A stretch of DNA of 64,000 nt, taken from assembly GCA_048213135.1 (NCBI GenBank), contig PS015389.1:15753-79752 (forward strand), given 5' to 3'. This DNA is from Reclinomonas americana ATCC 50394. Its lineage: Eukaryota. A program made the position numbers and the translations under genes. Position 1 is the first letter of the stretch, and each line of letters starts with the position of its first letter. The notes below the pieces were generated by a model that did no database searches, was not told where the DNA came from, and worked only from the letters and a program-made list of their open reading frames with translations. Shown here piece by piece: positions 50,380-64,000 of this stretch.

Positions 50380-50585
50380 GCTTTAACGAGTTCAGCGTCT
50401 ACGCAGGCCGCTGACACTATTTGCGCCACGAAATCCTTTTGAGGCCAACATGCGTTTGATTGGCTTTGTCTCCTGAAAGGGAAGATGACTGTTGGAGAAG
50501 TAATTATGTGTGTTGTATGTTGCTGGTCTGCCAAGATCATTGTCGGCAAGGGATTTTGTGGACACTTGCAATTGTCGCATTATTC
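50380..50585 (+). repeat. Dispersed non-coding element, copy 5 (long), upstream of the TPR gene
   Basis: ggccgctg.cac..tttgc.ccacgaaatcct.ttgaggccaaca...gaaagggaagatg.ct.ttggagaag...gtcggcaagggattt; reverse-complement match to 21028-21260. Confidence 0.85.
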
Positions 50586-50775
50586 AACTGGCAGGACACG
50601 GAGCTCATCGTCTATTAAACAGCACCAATCAGCGGTCAGCTACAAAACAGGGAATTCGCAGTCGAGAGTATAGCGGGCACAGAGCGCAAAAAATGGAGCC
50701 TTGAAGAAAGGGTGGGTGTTGGACAAGCAATCCGCACACAGGACACGAAGTTGTTGGTCGTTTTTTCGCAACACA

Positions 50776-58641
<7,866 letters not shown>

Positions 58642-58991
58642 CATGGGGAAAGTACACGCCGTGTGTTGTTCGGTCGGTTTGTGTGCATGTATTCGTGTCT
58701 TGCACTTTTGCATGTCGTAGCGAGTGAGACTTGTGTGAGTACGCTGCACGAGTAGGAGTAGACCGCATGCGAGAAAACACGCCAACCCGCCGGGTACGCA
58801 TGAGTGAGCCGTCAAGAGGTGCCGGATTTGAAATCCGGCAATGTGACAAATAATCCACGCCACACGACAGAGTCTGGCGGACAGAAAAGATTTCTAGAAA
58901 ACCACACCAGTTGCTGCGCGAAGACAAGGCGGTCTGTGTGCAAGGAGCGGACAGTACGTGTAGCAATTAATTCAGTCTCGGTAACAAGACA

Positions 58992-61900
58992 ATGAGGTAC
59001 GCAGCGCTGCCGTTGCTTTGTTTTCTCCGATGCATGTTTTTTTGTTTGTTGTCAGACATTCTCACATTCCCATATTCTCTGTTTTGTCTGTTCACCGAAT
59101 AGTGCTCGTCGCCGGAAGCCGAGGGAGGTTGCATGGAAGACGGCGTCTCGTGGCGACGTGGAGGCACTTCGCGAGCTGGTGGCCAGTGAGGGCGCGGAGA
59201 CTCTCTTGCAAAGTGGCGAGATGCGAGAGGGTGGCTGGTCGGCATTTTACTATGCTGCCTTCGAAGGCCATCTGTCTGTGTTGGAGTACTTGTGGGGGGA
59301 GAGTGGCGTCGGCCTGCAACTCGCGCAACTGGTCACCGACGATGGGTACACCCCGCTGATGGTGGCTGCCTACAATGGGCAGCTGGGTGTTGTGGAGTGG
59401 CTGGTTGCTGATGAGCGACGATGCTCGCCGGAGATGGTGCGGGCGGTCACGAAAAGAGAGCAGTGCACTGCCCTACACTGTGCCGCCGAGGTCGGCCAGG
59501 AAGCCATTGTGCGACTCCTGGCCATCCGCTTTCCCGACCTCATTCCCCTGGTCAACGAGGCGGGCAAAACTGCGTCTCAAGTGGCTCGCGGGATCGGCAA
59601 GCGGGAGGTGGCCGAGTTGCTAGACCGCCTCGCTGCGCAGCCAGCTTCAGTAACCGAACAGCAGGCTCCTCCTCCCGCATCCGCTGCGAGGTTCGCTGCT
59701 TTGCGCCTTGTGCTGTGTCGATGGCGCCGACTTACACACGTGCGTTGTTGTTGTTGTTGTTGCTGCTGTTGTGGACAGCGGGCGACCTGTCCAGCAGCAG
59801 AGGAAGAGAGCATTCGAGATGGCCGCAGATGGCGAGGTGGACTCGCTGTGCGAATTGGTTGTACGCGAGGGCCCAGCTGGCACACTGCTCCGCATACTGA
59901 TGGAGGAAAGAGACAAGTACGGTGGCACGGCATTCTTCGTTGCCGCTGCCCATGGCCATCTCCACGTGGTAGAATACTTGTGGGAGGAGAGTGGCGCTGG
60001 GCCACAACTCGCAACTACCGTGAACAACTTTGGTTGGACGCCGCTGATTGTCGCATGCGCCTGTGGCCGTCGTCAAGTAGCGGATTGGCTGCTTGCCGAC
60101 GAGCGACGCTGTTCGTCTCAGATGGTGCTGGCAGTCGCCAGTGACCGCGACGACTTCCCGCACTCCACAGCTCTGCACTTTGCTGCTAAGAATGGCCACG
60201 AGGCCATCGTGCGACTCCTCGCCACTCGCCATCCCAACCTCGTTCCCATGGTCAACAGGTGGGGCAAGACAGCAGCTCAATGGGCTCGCGACGAGAGCAA
60301 GCAGCAAGTTGCTGATTGGTTGGACCGTTTTGCTGTGGAGCAACAGCAACGTCAACAGCAGCAGCAGCAACAGCTACCGCAACAGCGAACTACGCGACCT
60401 CGCGTTCCCGAAGGTGTGAACTCATTCTTTTCAAACAATGTTGCCTGTAATTCTTGCTCATGTACGTAATTGTGCTTCGCCATATTGAAGGAGGGCTCAT
60501 TCCCCGGGGCCCTGGAGTGGACTACCGACTGAACGGTGTCCTGTCGGAATCGTCGGGCTGCTCTCGATTGCACCAAGCCGTGCGCCAATCAGATACTGAG
60601 GACCAAGTTGAGTGTCTCTGCTATCGTGACATGTATGGAGTAGAATTGCACTGACACGAAGCTACAGAAAGTGGTTATCAAAGTATTTGGGCGACAACAC
60701 CGTGCGCTATTTGATCGCGAGTGCCGCGTGCTTTCAGCTCTGCGTGAGTCGATTCCACGTCATGTTGTACGCGTGGTTGACGTATGGGAGGACTACATAC
60801 CAGGCGAAGAGGACGCTTTGGTGTTGGAGCTCGGTAAGGTGTCGCTTGCTGAGCGCCTTGAGATCCGCACCGACAGGTTGGTGGAGAAGTCCTTGTCGAC
60901 CTGCAACTTGAGACTGATGCTGTCTCCGTGACGCACAGCGTCTCGCTCTCCGTACGACGAGCACAAATTACGCATATGTTCGAGTGCGTGCAGCAACTGC
61001 ATGGCACCGGATTCGTGTGGCTCGACTGCAAGCCGGCCAATGTTGCGTCTCGAGACGGGAAAGTATCACTGCACCGCTCCTCAGGGCGCCAAACCTTCGT
61101 CGTTGCGTGCATGCGTGCAGTTTGTCTTCTTCGACGACGACGATCCACGGAAGCCGGAGCGATTGTGCATGATCGATTTTGACAGCTCAGTCGAGCGTGG
61201 TACGTTTCCAGTTCCTTCAACTTTGACGTGCGCAGCACAGTTACTGATTCGAAGCGGCACAGGGAAGGCTGCTGCCGGTGTCTGGACTCCTGCATATGGT
61301 TTGCGCGACAGTGGGACCCAGACCCACCAGTCTAAAGATCTATATTATTCTCACCCGACTGTCCGCTCTCCTGCAGCACCCCCTGAACGATTCCTGGCGG
61401 AGCGCGACGGCACGCCATTTGTGGCGCAGCAAAGCTGCGACGTGTGGTCTCTCGGCATCTCGGCATTGGAGGTACTCTCCGACTCCATTTGGTTCCGCAC
61501 CAAGGGTATTGATGCCAGTGACCTCGGCACGGTGCTGACCGACCGCGCTCGCGTTGAGTCGGTGAGTGATCACTTTTGTTATGCGTCTCGTTTCTTGCTT
61601 GCCGTCTCACTTGGACACATAGATGTTCTCCAAGAATTCTCTGATGCAAGCATTCAACCTGCGACCCGAGTTTGCCAGTCTCATTTCCAAGATGCTTGTG
61701 TTTGATCCGCTGGCTCGTCCGTCTGTGAACGCTCTGCTGCGGGGCGACGCAGTGTTCACGGGTGCCTCGCACACTCAAAGCGTGATGGGAGCGTGCGTAT
61801 TCTTTACTATTGCTTGTGCCGTTGGGGTTGATGTCTAATCGCCCTTTGCTCGCAGGTTGGTGAATACGGCCAATGAACTTCGTCGGGGCCAGTCGGGTGA

Positions 61901-63732
61901 ATTTTGAGCGCTTTCATCGCTGCAACATTGTCGCTGCTCACCATTGTAGTGACCTGTGACCCCAGACATCTTGAATGCGGTGGCGCAGCAGGCGCTGAGT
62001 CGATGCCCGTCATTGTGCTTTGTGCTACCGGAAAGGATGGACTCGTGGTTCTCTCGTGCTGCGGCGCGAGTTAGCGTTCACGAGAAGTTGCGCCTCTCCT
62101 CCTCCCTATTGTGCTGATCTCGTGCGTCTCGTTTTTCACATTAGTATTGACATAGGTTCCGTCTGTTCGTATTTTGCGAGTTTCAAGTTGTGTTGCCGAC
62201 GGCGTTGTTCCCCTCCGCCAAAGGCTTCCCAGTGGTGCGCCCATGTGTTTCACTTCCGTTGTTCAACAAAAGGAATTCACTGCATGTCGGTCCGAACAAA
62301 CAGGGCGAGCAGCGCGTTCGCGTGACACCACTTTGGCACCCAACGGGGCACGATGGAGCGAAGCTGGTCCGCGAGAAAGATTGGTGGGTGAAGTTGTCCA
62401 AGATCGTGGTACCGGCTCTGAAGGTGGCTGGCTTCATGGCGCGTTGTGGGCAAGCAGTGCGTTTTTGATTTGTGTCGGTGCCATTTTTCAGTCGCGCCGC
62501 GACGCTTACATTGTCAAACGTGGCACAGTGTGGCTTCCCCGTTCCGGACCTGTCGGGCTTTGTGGAGATAGCGAAGGAGTCGTTCACGAGTTGCGCACTC
62601 TACCACTGGTCCGTCTGTGCAAGCACGTAGTGCTCACCATCGAGCTGTCCTCTCGCAGCTCTTGTCACGGAGTTGCGCTGCGAGCAAAAGATTGATGGTC
62701 TTGCCAATCTGCAAGCAAGGTTGGTCGCTGTTCTGTTTGCATTGCATGATTACAACCACTAACTCACTTGTGCGCAGCGACGAAGAGCCGTCGGATGCAG
62801 TGCTGCCGCGGCGGGTGACGGGGTGAGTGACATGCGACTCTTACCTAGAATCAAGCCGTTTTGTGTGCTTAAGTTGAATTCGCACAGCGAGGCTCTCGAG
62901 CAAGCGCGCGATGCGCTGGGTCTCACCAGTGCACAGCGCACTTCGGTGGCAGGCGTCACAGCCGTGATGGTGACACGCGGCGGTCCAGCGGGTCCGGTCG
63001 GCGACTTTTTGTGGGTGTGCGAAGATCATGCGCGGCTGATCGACGACTGGAACAAGTATCACATTCAAGACGAGATCACATTCCTCGATCGCGCTCTCCG
63101 TGTGTGCGAATGTGGTAGGCGCTACTTGGAGTTACGTCTGCTTCAGCTTTTCGCACTTGAGCTTCTGCGATGCAGGCGTGCTGATTTGCTGAAGTACAGT
63201 CCACGCGGGCCGCCGTTGACCGGTGCCAGTGGAGTACTTGTTTCAGAGGTAGATTCCTCGTCTCCGGCCGCTGGATCTGGAGCCAGCGGCAGTGGCAGCG
63301 GCAGTGGATCTGGCTCGGCATCCCCGTCGTCCCCATCGTCGCGGACGTGCTTGGTGAAGAAGTTGAGCAGATCCGCGTTATATGTCGGTATCGCTTGCTG
63401 CTGCTGACGACGAGTGTGTGTTCAGGAGATCCTCCTCGAGTATTGGACGGAGTTGGAACGATCGATTCCTGGTGTTGGATGCTGCTGCGCGTGTGCTTCG
63501 ACGCTTCAAGGACTCGACATGCAAAAAACTGATTGACGAAATGTCGCTCGACGGCAAGTCGTTTACGGCCAGTGACGTGCGCTGCGAGTTGGCCTTCTTC
63601 GACACTGGCAGCGACCCTGCCAAACCCGAATCGCTTGTGCACATGCGCTTCCCCTCTTTGCCGGAGCTGCAAGCGTGGAGCCACGATCTGGAGCTTCTTG
63701 GGGTGCCGCGTGTGAATGTGGATCTCAAGTGA
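58992..63732 (+). CDS. Multidomain protein: two ankyrin modules, atypical protein kinase domain, Roco/TRN1 C-terminal-like domain, PH domain
   Basis: Ankyrin motifs (GYTPLMVAA..G, TALH.AA..G); kinase motifs VVIK, alphaC Glu, WLDCKPAN, DFD, APPE, DVWSLG, KMLVFDP..RP; CPSLCFVLP/FCE/WH/LWVCEDH; C-terminal PH-like SWNDRFLVL...ELQAW. A single-gene model is inferred. Confidence 0.75.
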
Positions 63733-64000
63733 GTTTGGGGCACGTACACATTTGGAGTAAGCAACGCGTGCACATGCGTCTGTATATTGTGGAAGGTGAA
63801 TACATCAACAGCTGAATAAATCGGCGTCTCCTGCGTTCTGCATGCGCGTGCGTCGCCGGGTATTATTGCAATTACAACTTTGCATCACGTCTTTGCAAGA
63901 TCCAAGGCCGTTTTTTTGCAGCCATTTCTTGAATCTTCATCAAAGCTATCGATAGCTGCAAGTTTCCTCGCTATCTGTGCCCAAACCCGCGACTTCCATC

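Overview
Eukaryotic (protist-like) genomic DNA: gene-dense, with short GT-AG introns, long (CT)n/(CA)n intron tracts and five N-gaps. The dominant feature is a local family of 12 genes (W1-W12, 10.7-33.7 kb). Each encodes one 7-repeat WD40 propeller with highly similar 42-aa repeats, variable residues at fixed positions, and a conserved C-terminal tail (..[LP/LV]xxVLRCF..EDAEV) that resembles a C-terminal F-box. W1-W11 have a 2-7-codon first exon, W9 carries a frameshift, and W12 has an N-terminal extension with two GC-AG introns. Other genes: an acidic NLS-bearing protein, DDX27/DRS1, GLOD4, a 2OG-Fe(II) dioxygenase, an SMP-domain membrane protein, an MGC-start hypothetical protein, two tandem paralogous mitochondrial-type membrane proteins, a TPR protein, and an ankyrin-kinase-(Roco C-terminal-like)-PH protein. 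There is also a fragment of an RLE non-LTR retrotransposon, and a dispersed non-coding element found five times, always about 200-310 bp upstream of a non-WD40 gene and in that gene's sense orientation. All calls come from manual reading; exon boundaries are predictions.
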